From Basidiobolus meristosporus CBS 931.73 (taxonomy: Eukaryota; Fungi; Basidiobolomycota), in assembly GCA_002104905.1 (NCBI GenBank), contig MCFE01000150.1:89306-153305 (forward strand): 64,000 nt of DNA, written 5' to 3'. Shown here in pieces: positions 1 to 11,939 of this stretch. The notes under the pieces were generated by a model. It was not told the origin of the DNA, searched no databases, and worked only from the letters and a program-made list of their open reading frames with translations. Position numbers and translations under genes: made by a program. Numbering within the stretch: position 1 is the stretch's first letter; every line of letters starts with the position of its first letter.

Positions 1-1003
1 CTTCCTTATTTCTCTACTACACTTATTATAGTTCTATCCCATTTGTCTTACCTAATCAATACTATCCCATAAGCTGGTTGACTATCATACCTGCTTACCT
101 TATTGCATAAGTTATCCCTCACTTTATGTGAGATTACTAGCGGTAAGTGTGTTTATATTAGGCAAGTACCTGTGACACATGATTAACCCATGTTGCCATC
201 CCTACCATTTCCATACCATATATGGTATCCCTATGTTACACAAGTTTTAAAGTACTGATTCCTGATCAGTTGGATGTGCTGTTCCTCTTAGAACCTTCTG
301 GCATCTATTTAAGATACTTGTAGCTCATTATGAGGTGATGAAGATTTCTACTGATCTTTGGAGCCTTCTGGAACACCATGATTAATAATCACTTAGCCAG
401 TGAGAAAAGTATATGAGGGAGGCAATCCCTCAGCAATAAATCATCATCTGTTTTATCAATATACTGACTTGTTGATTAGTATGATCACTGCTACCTGCAG
501 CTACCTGAACTTCCTGCCCCCAACCACAGGACACTCCCAGGAAACTGCACTGACAGCCAACTGACCTTGGAGGCACTACTTGTGAGGAATACTCAGGGTA
601 GGTATCTTTTATTATATCTTATTCTTTCCCAAGTTTGTTCCTGCACAGGCAAAGATATTTTTCTGTCTTTGTAACTATTGACCACAGCTGCATTCTTATC
701 AAGTCCCTGCTAGTGGAGTTTACAGTTGTTTTGACTTTGGAAGCCTTAGTACATTGTAATCTCAAAGGATGCTGAGCCCAACACATACTTTTGTTAAGAC
801 ACCAACTAAGTTGGGGATTGTAGCTTAATAGTTTTCCCTTGACAAACTTGTGGCTTTATTCCCCATCACATTAGATTAGGGATGGAATTCAAGTACTCCT
901 AGCAAGCTTTTGCCAGATGTTATTGCACCCAGTGAACACCCCACACATAAAACACTTGAGAAGTGTTGGATGTATATCTCCCTTGGACCTATATACCACC
1001 ACA
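1..1003 (+). mobile_element. Partial, diverged LTR of the Gypsy-B family (3' LTR or solo LTR) inserted into the inverted copia relic
   Basis: Colinear with the LTRs at 11940-13010 and 18044-19114. Ends ...ATACCACCACA at 1003. It is not followed by the PBS but by minus-strand copia coding sequence. Confidence 0.9.
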
Positions 1004-2523
1004 ATGCATTGGTGTTTCTTCATTTAAGTTACCAATATTGGCTTCCAGATATGAAGGACTATAAGTCAGCTTGTAAAGATTCTAATCTCTGATACCCAGA
1101 GCAATATGGCACCATTTTAATCTGTGATCCTGCATTCAGAATTGTCAAAGTGGAAACTGAGTCCTTATGTGGTGGCCTTGCTTCCAGATAGTAGGTTCTT
1201 GGCTATTTCTGGTACAAAGAGTACTTCTTTAAAGGTCAGTGTATGGTTTCCTTCACTCTTGCTAAGGTTTACTTGGATAGTTCCTTCTGCCACTGCATCA
1301 AGTGTTCTCTTGTCACCCATGAAAACCTTCTTAATTGGAATTTCCTGATATTGAGTATAAAGTTCTTTTTGCATACAAAGTGTTGAGATGCTCCAGAGTC
1401 AATGTACCCCATCTGAGAATCCTTGTTTGTAGTTATATTTAGGTCAGATGTGAATGGTCTATCTTCAGTTGTTGCAGCCTCTCCATATTCAAGCTTTTTC
1501 TGCTGAATATATCTCTTTTTGAGGGACTGGTTGGACGTGTGTCCTTCCTTTTTCAGTATATATAAAATAGGTTGCTATTACATTTGAAAGGTCTTTGGTA
1601 TCTTCTTTGTTGGTTATCATTGCTTTTTAAAGTACTTTCTTCTTCCTTCTTGTTGGTGCTTGATTTTCTTAAATCTTCATCAGGAGCCTTCCATATACAT
1701 AATTTAAGGTCATATCTTCAGTTCTGGACTATTGGGTTGCTACAAGGCCCTGAAATATGACTATCACATTATTCTGGATGGTAAATATCTCATCCTCATC
1801 AGTAGTTGATCCACCAACAGAATCCATCTCATCTGCCAGCAGGGTAGTTATACTAATATGATTTTTCATTTCTTCTCCTGGCGGCATCTTTGTAGCAAAG
1901 AATTTTCATCTTATACATTTTCTTAGCAGCTGAGCATGCCTGGTGGGTGACTTCTAGTGCCTTCCAGGCATTTTTTGCGGTTTTTGCTCTTGACCACTGA
2001 ATTAGCAATTTGCCTTTAACATTAAGGCAAATGCAGTTAGAGGCACTTTGTGCATTCCTCTGGTACTTCAAGGCTTCCTCTCCCACATTTTTAGCAGGGC
2101 ATTCTTCTCCCCTGATAATATCCCAAAGGCCTCTTTCTTGTAGCAGCATCTTCATATTCACCTTCCACACTTGGTGCTTCAATCCATCTAGCTTTTCAGT
2201 AGAAGGGAAAATTCCCGTACAAGCAGTAGTAGACATTGCAGGGAGTGACAGCTTAGGGCATATAATCTGCTGTAAGAGTGTTGGAGGTATTGGAAGTGAT
2301 TGGGAGGATAAGTAGATTATGTGGTTTTCACTTAATGATTTATTGAATGTAAAAGTAGTATTTATACTTTTACCTGGTCTTGGCATAGCAAACACGTAGA
2401 ATAGATTAAGGAAGGTCCTAAGAACATGTGTCCAAAGTTGAGTCTGTTTGGACAACTTTGCAAATTTTCATGTTCTGGGTACCAGGTATTTTGGTGCAAA
2501 TATTCCAAGTAAATCCCAACAAG
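1004..2523 (-). mobile_element. Degenerate Ty1/copia relic in inverted orientation: partial LTR (2268-2523), gag, protease, start of integrase
   Basis: ORFs 1853-2455 and 1165-1374 match the gag and protease of the plus-strand copies (EKLDG..WKV.MKMLLQERGLW; KEVLFVPEIAKNLLS). LTR end TGCTGTAAG at 2268. Stops and frameshifts are present. Confidence 0.9.
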
Positions 2524-2527
2524 AAAT

Positions 2528-2875
2528 TGTTCTAAAAATTTGTATTTCCACATGTATATTCACCTAACTTAGTCACTAAGATCATCACCTTCAAATCCTA
2601 GAGAATACTGACTAAAGCTCCTTGTTGGGATTTACTTAGAATATTTTCACCAAAACACCAGGTACCCAGAACATGAAATTTTTCAAGTTGTCCAAACAGC
2701 CCCAAACCTTGCACACATGTTCTTAGGAACTTCCTTAATCTATTCTACATGTTTGTTATGCCAAGACCAGGTAAAAGTATAAATATTATGTTTACATCCA
2801 ATAAATCATTAAGTGAAACCACATAATCTACTTGTTCCCCAAATCACTTCCAATATCTCCAAAACTCTTACAGCT
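2528..2875 (+). repeat. Copia 5' LTR (348 bp) of tandem copy 1
   Basis: Starts TGTTCTAAAAATTTG and is colinear with 24273-24620 (TGTTGTAA...TTACAACA). Followed by PBS-like GGTTATGAGCCCC. Confidence 0.9.
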
Positions 2876-5800
2876 GGTTATGAGCCCCAAGCTGTCACTC
2901 TCTGCAATGTCTACTACTGCTATTACTGGATTTTTCCCTCTGCTGAAAAGTTGGATGGATCTAACAACCAAGTGTGGAAGGTGAAGATAAAGATGCTGCT
3001 ACAAGAAAGAGGCCTTTGGGATATTTTCATGGGAGAAGAATGCCCTCCTAAAAATGTAGGAGAGGATGCCTTGAAGTACCAGATGAAAGAACAAAGTGCC
3101 TTTAACTGCATTTGCCTTAATGTTAAGGACATATTGCTAATTCAATGCTCAAGAGCAAAAATGACAAAGAATGCCTGGAAGGCATTAGAAGACACCTTCC
3201 CATCATGTTCAGCTGCCAAGAAAATGTATCTGAGACAAAAATTCCTTACTACAAAGATGCTACCAGGAGAAGAAATGAAAAATCTAATTAACAGAATTAC
3301 CCTGCTGGTAGATGAGATGGAATCTGTGGGTGTACCAACTACTGATGAGGATGTGATAGTTACCATCCTGAATAGCCTGACAGACAAGTTTCAGGGCCTT
3401 GTATCAGCCCCAGAGTCCAGAACTGAAGATTTAACATTTAATTACATATATGGAAGGCTCCTGGATGAAGAATAAAGAGAATCAAGCGCCAATAAGAAGG
3501 AAGACAAAAATGCTTTAATAAGCAATGAAACCAGCAAAGGAGGTACCCAAGACCCTACAAAGGCAACAGCAACCTATTTTGTAACTACTGTAAAAGGAAA
3601 GGACACACATCAGACCAGTGTCTCAAAAAGAAAGATAATCAGCAAAAGAAGCCTAAATATGGAAAGGCTACAACAACTGAAGATAGACTATTCATATCTG
3701 CACTAAATATGACCACAAACAAGGATTCTCAGATGTGGTATATTGACTCTGGAGCATCTCAACACTTTACACACCAAAAAGAACTTTTTACCCAATATCA
3801 AGAAATTCCAATTAAGAAGGTTTTCATGGGTAACATTAGAACACCTGATGCAGTGGGAGAAAGAACTATCCAAGTAAACCTTAGAGGCAGTGAAGGAAGC
3901 CTTACACTGACTTTCAAAGAAGTACTCTATGTATCAGAAATAGCCAAGAACCTACTCTCTGTAAGCAAGGCCACAGCAGAAGGACTCAGTTTCAGATTTG
4001 ACAATTCTGGATGCAGGATCACTGAGCAAAATGGTGCCCATATTGCTTTGGGCATCAGAGATCAGAATCTATACCAGTTGACTTATATTCCATCATATCT
4101 GGAAGCCAATATAAGTGACTTAAATAAAGAAACACCAATGCTTTGGCATAGGATATTTGGACACATCAATTTTGATAATTTGAGTAAAATGATCAAAGAT
4201 CAGCTAATTTCTGGAGTGAAAATTGATCCCCCAGCTAATATGGAGCACTGTGAAGCCTGCATATATGGTAAACAAGCCAGACAACCATTCAAGAGCTCTG
4301 GGTTAATCAAAACTAAGGAAAAATTAGATCTAATTCACTCAGATCTGTGTGGACCTATGCCAAATTTATCCTTAGGCAGGATGAAGTATTTAATCACCTT
4401 TATTGATTATTATACAAGATACACATGAGTCTACTTCATGGAGAGAAGGCAATAAGCTCTGTCTAGGTTCAGGGAACTCAAAGCCATGGTGGAGAGAGAA
4501 ACTGGTGGAAAAATCAAGAAAACACACTCTGACAATGGTAGAGAATATTCCTCAAAACTCTTCATCCACTTCTGCAAAATTCATGGGATAAAGCAAGAGA
4601 CTCCTGTACCATACTCCCCACAGCAAAATGGAGTATCAAAACGTGCTAACAGAGCAATAATTCATATGGCAAGATCTATGATCCATGATAAAAAATTATT
4701 CTATGATTTTGGGCAGAATCAGTTGCCACTGCTGTATACCGTAAAAATAGGAGTTTTAAGAGAATACTTTGTGATTCTACTCCATATGAAACATTGCATG
4801 GATACAGACTAAGTGCAGAACATCTAAGAATATTTGGGTGTACAGCATATACCAAAAAACTGGCTGGAAATCTGTCAAAATTTGAGCCAAAAAGTGTAAA
4901 TGCATATTTTTGGGCTACTGCAATGAGAGTAAGGCATACAGACTCTACAATACCAAAGCAAAGAAGCTGATCAAGTCCAGGGATGTGTTGTTTGATGAAA
5001 ATTCCAAATATTCACAAAAAATGACATCAGATGATGACAAAAATTTAATCTCAAATCCACCAATTGTCAGGATAGAGTCAGAACAAAACAATGCTAATTT
5101 TTTCACTCCAGAGGACTCTGCAACTGTTGTTCAGCCAGAATCAGTGCCCAGGAATATCCCAGAAGTGCTCATTCCAGTATCAAATACCCAGAGATCCAAT
5201 TGGAGAAGAAATAGCCCAAATTATTATATCAATGAGGGTTCAAACTTAGCCTATGCCTATTCAGTCCATGTTGATGAACCCCAGACTGTAAAAGAGGCCC
5301 TAAATAGCCCTCAGACAAAGTCTTGGAGATCTGCAATGACTGAGGAATATCAGGCCCTGATGGAAAATTAAACTTGGGACTTAGTCAAATTACCAATCAA
5401 CCAAAAATCAATTGGATGCTGATGGGTCTTCAAGACCAAATACATGGCTGATGGTAAAGTTTAAAGATACAAAGCAAGGCTTGTAGCCAAAGGATAGTCT
5501 CAAACAAAAGGACTTGACTATACTGAGACCTTTGCACCGGTAGCCAAGTTTAATTCCATCAGATTAATATTGGCTATTGCAGCCAAATATAAGTTTTTTA
5601 TTCATTAAATGGATGTAAAATCTGTATTCTGGAATGAAGAACTTAATGAGGCCATATATATGGACCAGCCTTATGGGCTTTTTGACCAAGATAACCCCCA
5701 TTTGGTCTGCAAGCTTAAAAAGTCACTCTATGGTCTCAAACAATCACCAAGAGCCTGGAATTGCAAGATAGATTCTTATTTGGAATCTTTGAGTTTCAAA

Positions 5801-6855
5801 AGAAGTTATGCTGACTATAGTATATACTATAAGCCGGATAGAGCAAATCCAGTTCTACTAGCTCTATATGTGGATGATCTTATTATAGCCACCAATAACC
5901 TAGAAACATTTGAAGAGACTAAGTCCAGCCTATCTAAGGAGTTCAAGATGTCCAATCTAGGAGAACTTAGTTACTACTTAGGGGTTAAATTCTCCATAGA
6001 CAAAAGTACCCAGACTATCACCCTAAGTCAATCCAAGTATATTCAAAATATACTAAAGAAATATAAAATGGACAACTGTAAACCAGCAGCTACCTCAATG
6101 GAGACAAACCTTAACTTAGTCAAAACTCAACCAAATCAAGCAAGCTTGGAGCCATCTGAAAGCCCTGACTTTCATTATCAATTCATGGTCAGCAGTCTGA
6201 TGTATATCATGCTTGGAACACGTCCAGATATCTCATATTCAGTGGGAGTTGTCAGTCAACATAATCAGAGCTATGGATCTGATCATGTTGCAGCAGTTAA
6301 GTGGATTTTTAGATACCTAAAAGGAACTGCTGATATCTGCTTAAGATGTACCTATAAGGATGCAGAACAGGATCTTGTGGGATACTCTGATGCTGATTAG
6401 GGACAAAATTTGGAAGACAGACAATCCACCACAGGATACACCTTTCTTTACTGTAAAGGCGCAATTTCATGGAATTCAAGAAAGCAAACAACTGTAGCAC
6501 TTTCTACCACAGAGGCAGAGTAAATGGCAGCCTGTGAAGCTACAAAAGAAGCAATGTTGCTAAGAAAGCTTTTCACAGATTTAGGCCTATGTCAAAAAAT
6601 GGCTATTACTTTATTTCAAGATAATCAAGGATGTATACAATTAGGTAGAAATCCAACTTTTTATGCAAGAACCAAGCACATAGATATCAGATATCATTTC
6701 ATATGTGAAGCTATAGAAAAAACTTATTTAGCTTAGTTTACTGTCCTACAGATGAAATGATTGCAGACATTTACCAAGCCATTAGCTAGAGACAAGTTTG
6801 AATATTGTAGGTCAAAATTAGGACTAGTCAGTGTTTACATTTGGCTGAGTGAGAG
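2876..6855 (+). pseudogene. Copia copy 1 internal region, defective gag-PR-IN-RT-RNaseH
   Basis: Motifs WYIDSGASQH (PR), LWHRIFGH/CEACIYGK and HSDNGREY (IN), LKKSLYGLKQSPRAW and YVDDL (RT), RTKHIDIRYHF (RNase H). Many stops and frameshifts. PPT-like GAGTGAGAG lies before 6856. Confidence 0.95.
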
Positions 6856-6975
6856 TGCTGTAAAAATCCAAAATTCCACTTAAATCTTCACCTAACTTAG
6901 TCACTTAGATCATCACCTTCAAATCCTAGAGAATAATGACCAAAACTCCTTGTTGGGATTTACTTAGAATATTTT
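6856..6975 (+). repeat. Left part of the central copia LTR shared by tandem copies 1 and 2
   Basis: Starts TGCTGTAAAAAT after the PPT and breaks at ATTTT (6971-6975), the TSD of Gypsy-A. The LTR resumes after the second ATTTT (20057-20061). Confidence 0.9.
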
Positions 6976-7496
6976 TGTCATGATCACATGACAACTATGA
7001 ACACCCATGCCAAGTTTCAGCTTCCTAGCTCAATTTCTAAGAGATTCCTTCTGGAACCTTCTACCACCTTCCAGAAAGTTCCTGACCATTGCAAACCATT
7101 GTTACACAATGGAACATTCCATGGAAGCTTTCCATTGTATTTTTCATAGTCCAGTACCATATATGGAAATACCAGGTCACATGACTTAGTCACATGATCT
7201 GGTGACCCAATCCATTTCCCCCTCCTGTCTCAGTGCCGTGTCATCTATGTCATTATCCCCAGCACCATTGCTGTGCCTCACCCCACAACCCCATTAGTAT
7301 TAGCTAATATCTCTTGGCATCAGTATAGCCAAAAAGTATATATAGTCCTATCCCCCCTTAAGTATTCCTCAGTCTGATAAACACAGGTCTTGAATTAACA
7401 GCCTTGCCTTGAATCCTGTCTTGCCTTGATGGTCCACACCAAAGTCCTTTCCTGCTGTGCCTAGCTCTTCCTCCTGCCTTGTGTCTATTCATAACA
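6976..7496 (+). repeat. Gypsy-A 5' LTR
   Basis: TGTCATG...CATAACA, direct repeat of 19536-20056. TATATATA at 7337-7344. Confidence 0.95.
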
Positions 7497-7498
7497 GT

Positions 7499-7509
7499 TT
7501 TATCAGACT
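7499..7509 (+). promoter_or_regulatory. Self-priming PBS of Gypsy-A (Tf1 type)
   Basis: TTTATCAGACT is the exact reverse complement of AGTCTGATAAA (7371-7381), which lies ~30 bp downstream of the LTR TATA box. Confidence 0.8.
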
Positions 7510-7566
7510 CTCCTGACTTACCTGTGGATCCCTGCCTTCTGCCCAAAGTTTGAAGAAAACTTGTAA

Positions 7567-7874
7567 AAGGAATACTCACCGTAAGTATCACCCATCATCT
7601 TTCTCTAGTCTTGTCCTATAAAGGCAAAGATACTTTATCTTTGTAAAACTATTGGTCAAAGCTGCATTCACTTTATTACCCTGCTGGTGGAGTTTACAGT
7701 TGTTACAGTATTGGAAGCTTTAGTACAATACTCTATCAAAGGATGTTGAAACCAGTACCTTCTGAAGCAATGCTAACTTATTTAAGTTGGGGATTGTGGC
7801 TCCATAGTTGTATTCTTGACATACTAGTGGCTTTACAAACCCACAATCTAGTTTAGTATATTCCAGTATTCCTT
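7567..7874 (+). other. Candidate structured RNA module in the Gypsy-A 5' leader, homologous to a segment of the Gypsy-B LTR
   Basis: Closing helix AAGGAATACT/AGTATTCCTT. A 26-nt block (7679-7704) is identical to 12712-12737. Several nested helices are conserved. Confidence 0.7.
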
Positions 7875-7902
7875 GCAAGTTCATCCGCCTTCCTCAGCTA
7901 CC

Positions 7903-8835
7903 ATGTCCAACCTAGCGCTGAACTTTGCCCAGCTCATGGCTGCCTTTACCCAACTGCAGCAAGACCATGCAGACCTCAGAAGCACTCTTGCTCAGTTCCA
8001 GAACCAAAGTGTCCAACAAACTAGCCATGTCCCAGTCTACCAAGAACCCAAGTATACTCCTGCTACCAAGTTCAATGGCTCTCAGAATGAATTCTGTGGC
8101 TTCATCAACATGGTGAAGAACAATCTTGCACTCCAGCCCAACCAGTACCCCACTGACCAGGCCAAAGTTGGTTTCATCTCCAACCTGCTTACTGGTACAG
8201 CTCTCAAGTGGTTCTCCCCATTAGTGGAGACCAACTCTCCCCTCCTCAGAGACTACCAAGCTTTTCTCACTGAAATGGAGCTAACATTTGGTAACCTTGA
8301 CCAAGCCAGAACTGCTGCCAACAAGATCAAGACCCTCAAACAAGGGAACAAACCAGCATCAGTCTATGCCTCTGAATTCTGACAACTCTCCAGTGACCTC
8401 AGCTCCTGGGGTCAAGCAGCCTTGATAAGCCAATTCCAAGATGGCCTTAATGATGAAGTTTGTGATCTGCTACTCACACTCCCAGATCCAGATACATTGG
8501 TTGAAGCTATGCACCAAGCAATCCGGTGTGATAACAGACTATTCCAGAAGAAGCAAAAGAACCGTCAAAGACACATTCCTGTTGCAGTCCCAGCCCCTCC
8601 TGCTCCCCAAGTCACTCCAGAAGATCCTATGCAGATTGATAGTGCCAAATACAAGAAACTATCAAAGAGTGAAAAGTCCAGACGTCAACAAGCCAGCCTC
8701 TGTCTATACTGTGGCCAACCAGGTCACTTTGCCAAGTCCTGCCCCAACAAGAAGTCCAGCTTCAAGCTGATGCAGTCCTCCAGCAACCAACCTGATTCAG
8801 ATCTGCTGGGAAACTCCAATGTCCAGTTGCACTGA
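7903..8835 (+). pseudogene. Gypsy-A gag with one premature stop
   Basis: ATG at 7903. In-frame TGA at 8380-8382 (probable CGA>TGA). CLYCGQPGHFAKSC zinc knuckle. Confidence 0.9.
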
Positions 8836-8852
8836 CAGGCTTGCAACTGGAC
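8808..8852 (+). promoter_or_regulatory. -1 ribosomal frameshift signal between gag and pol
   Basis: G GGA AAC heptamer in the gag frame at 8808-8814, a 6-nt spacer, then a perfect 11-bp stem GTCCAGTTGCA/TGCAACTGGAC (8821-8852). The -1 frame is open into the protease. Confidence 0.85.
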
Positions 8853-11800
8853 CCACCCATGAAAATCCAGCATATCCAAGAATCTTCCTTTGCCACAAAA
8901 TCTATCCAGTCCTTGAGAGTGCCTGTCAAAATCCAGATCCCTGACTCCAGTCCTGTCCCAGCCCTAGCCCTGATTGATTCTGGTGCTTCATCCTGTTTCA
9001 TTGACCAAGCCTTTGTCCAGAAGCACTCTATTCCTGTTACCTTGAAATCCTGTCCAGTCCAAGTAGAAGTTATTGATGGAAGATCACTCTCCTCTGGTGC
9101 CGTTACCCATGAAACATGCTTACTCCAGCTGTCCAGTACTGCCCACCAAGAAAGAATCGCCTTCAACATCATCAACTCACCACACTATCCTATTGTGCTT
9201 GGAAGCTCATGGTTGAGCTACCACAATCCAAGTATTGATTGGAAATCCAAGATCCTGTCATTCACCAGATCCCACCAAGTCAACTCCATGAAATCTCCAG
9301 ACCCTGATAACCATGAAAAGTAGGTTGCCAATAGTTGAACAGCCCAAGATACCTTGCCAGCTGAAGGAGCCCCCTCAGCAACTATACCAGCCAAGTATCA
9401 AGAGTTTGCCCATGTCTTTGACAAGAAGAAAGCAGAACTCCTCCCTGACCATTGGCCTTATGACTGCCCTATTGACCTTGAAGATGGAAAAGTCCCTCTA
9501 TTTGGCCCAATATATAACCTTGCCCAGCCGGAGTTGCAAGAACTCTATGGTTATATTCAAGAGAACCTCCAGAAGGGTTTTATTCAGCACTCCAAATCAC
9601 CTGCTGGAGCCCCAATCCTCTTTGTCAAGAAGAAGGATGGCACCCTCAGAATGTGTGTGAACTACTGTGCTTTGAATATGATTACAGTCAAGAACCGCTA
9701 CCCCCTGCCCCTGATCAACACACTGTTGGATCAGCTATCTGCTGCCCAAGTCTTCACCAAGATAGACTTGAGAGGAGCTTACAATCTTGTCAGAATCAAG
9801 CCTGGTGATGAATGGAAAACTGCCTTTTGCACAAGATATGGTCACTTTGAGTACAAAGTAATGCCATTTGGCCTCACCAATGCCCCTGCTGTGTTTCAAC
9901 ACCTCATGAATGACATATTCCATGAATACCTTGACCAGTTTGTGGTAATCTACCTTGATGATATTCTCATAGACTCCAAGAGCCAAGATGAACATGATGA
10001 ACATGTCAAGAAAGTATTGAGAAAACAAGACTCTGCCGGTCTCTATGCCAAGCTAGAGAAGTGTGAATTTGACCAGAGAGAAGTGGAATTTCTTGGTTAC
10101 CTCATCAGCCCTGAGGGAACAAGAATTGACCCAAAGAAAGTTGACTCAGTCCAATCCTGGAAAACTCCAAGCTCAGTCAAGGAAGTACAATCCTTCCTGG
10201 GATTTGCCAACTTCTATTGCAGGTTCATAGCCAACTACTCCAAGATAGTCACCCCTCTGACAAAGCTTACCCAGAAGAATACACCTTTTGCCTGGAATGA
10301 GGAGCAATCCACCTCATTCAACCAACTCAAGAAATCTTTCCTGAAGGCCCCCCTGCTTGCCCACCCTGACCTTGAGAAGCAATTCATAGTGGAGACTGAT
10401 GCTTCTGATTTTGCCCTTGGTGCCATACTCTCCCAGTATGATGAGGACAATGTGTTGCACCCCATTGCATTCTACTCTCGGAAGTTTTCCCCTGCAGAGA
10501 TCAACTATGATATCTATGATAAGGAGTTGCGTGCCATCATTGTAGCCTATGAGCAATAGAGACACTACCTGGATGGTGCAAAACACAAAATCCTAGTCTT
10601 CTGTGACCATAAGAACCTTGAGTACTTTGCAACTTCCAAAGTACTAAACCGGAGACAAGCTAGATGGTCACTCTTCCTGTCCAGCTTTGACTTTACTATC
10701 ATCTATAGACCTGGTGCAAAGCAAGGAAAGCCTGATGCCCTGTCCAGAAAAAAGGAATATGCCCTGGAAGAGGGAGATGATGCCTGTAGGCAAATGGAAC
10801 ACCCATTGCTGAGCAAGAAACATTTTGAGATTCTTGCCACCCAGTCCTCAAGTCTTGTCATCCCTTCATTCCTAGTAGGGATATCAGAATCCCAAGCCTC
10901 TGATATGACTTCCAGCACCGTCAAGAAATATCTGGAATCCCCAGTTGGGCCCCCTCCCAAGTTCCCAAACATTCAGAACCTGCATTTGGTTAACAACCTC
11001 ATCTACCACAAGCAGCAGCTTTATGTCCCAGACCTTGCCACCCAGCTAGACATCATTAAGTCTTGGCATGATTCAATGGCAGCAGGCCACTTTGGTACTG
11101 CCAAAACCTTGAATGCTATCAAAAGAGATTTCTGGTGGCCTAGAATGATAACTCTTATCAAAGAGTACATTCTGACTTGTGATATTTGCAACCGTGCAAA
11201 ACCAGCCAGACACCAGCCCTATGGACTTCTTCAGCCCTTGCCCATCCCCAAACACCAATGGAGATCTATATCTATGGACTTCATTACTGACCTCCCTGAG
11301 TCATGTGGCTTCAATGCTATACTTGTAGTGGCTGACTAGGTGACCAAGATGGCTCACTTTATCCCTTACTGTAAGAACACTGATGCAAAAGAAACTGCTG
11401 CATTAGTCCTGAAGAATATTTTCCGCCTTCATGGTATCCCCAGTGATATTGTGTCAGATAGAGGCCCACAGTTTGTGTCCAAGTTTTGGAAACACTTCAT
11501 GCAATACCTTGGTGTTCAAGTCAAGCTCTCTACTGCCTTCCATCCACAGTCTGATGGCCAGACTGAAGGAATCAACCAGATTCTAGAGCAATACCTCCGG
11601 TGCTATATCAATTACCAGCAATACAATTGGGTTGATCTACTCCCTGTTGCTGAGTTTGCCTACAACAACTCAAGCCATAGTGCAACCGGTTTTACACCAT
11701 TCTATGCAAACTATGGATTCCACCCTCAGTTTGATATCCAGATTCCAACAAACCCAATGAGCCCACATGCAGCTGAACATGCCAAAGCAATCCAGGACAT

Positions 11801-11939
11801 CCAGAACACCCTCAAGGAAGAGCTATCCTTAGCTCAGGAAAGCTACAAGAAATTTGCCAATCTAAAACGGCATCCCAGCCCTGATCTTAATGAAGGAGAT
11901 TCTGTATGGTTGCTCAGAAGAAACATCAGCACCAACCGC
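8808..11939 (+). pseudogene. Gypsy-A pol (PR-RT-RNaseH-IN), 5' part
   Basis: ORFs 8841-9323, 9354-10559, 10794-11339 and 11340 onward, with in-frame TAG stops at 9321, 10557 and 11337. Cut at the Gypsy-B insertion. Confidence 0.9.

Noticed and set aside
2523-2527. TSD for the tandem copia unit
   Set aside because: Left flank GAAAT does not match right flank CTATT (24621-24625), so the outer boundaries are not a clean single insertion.
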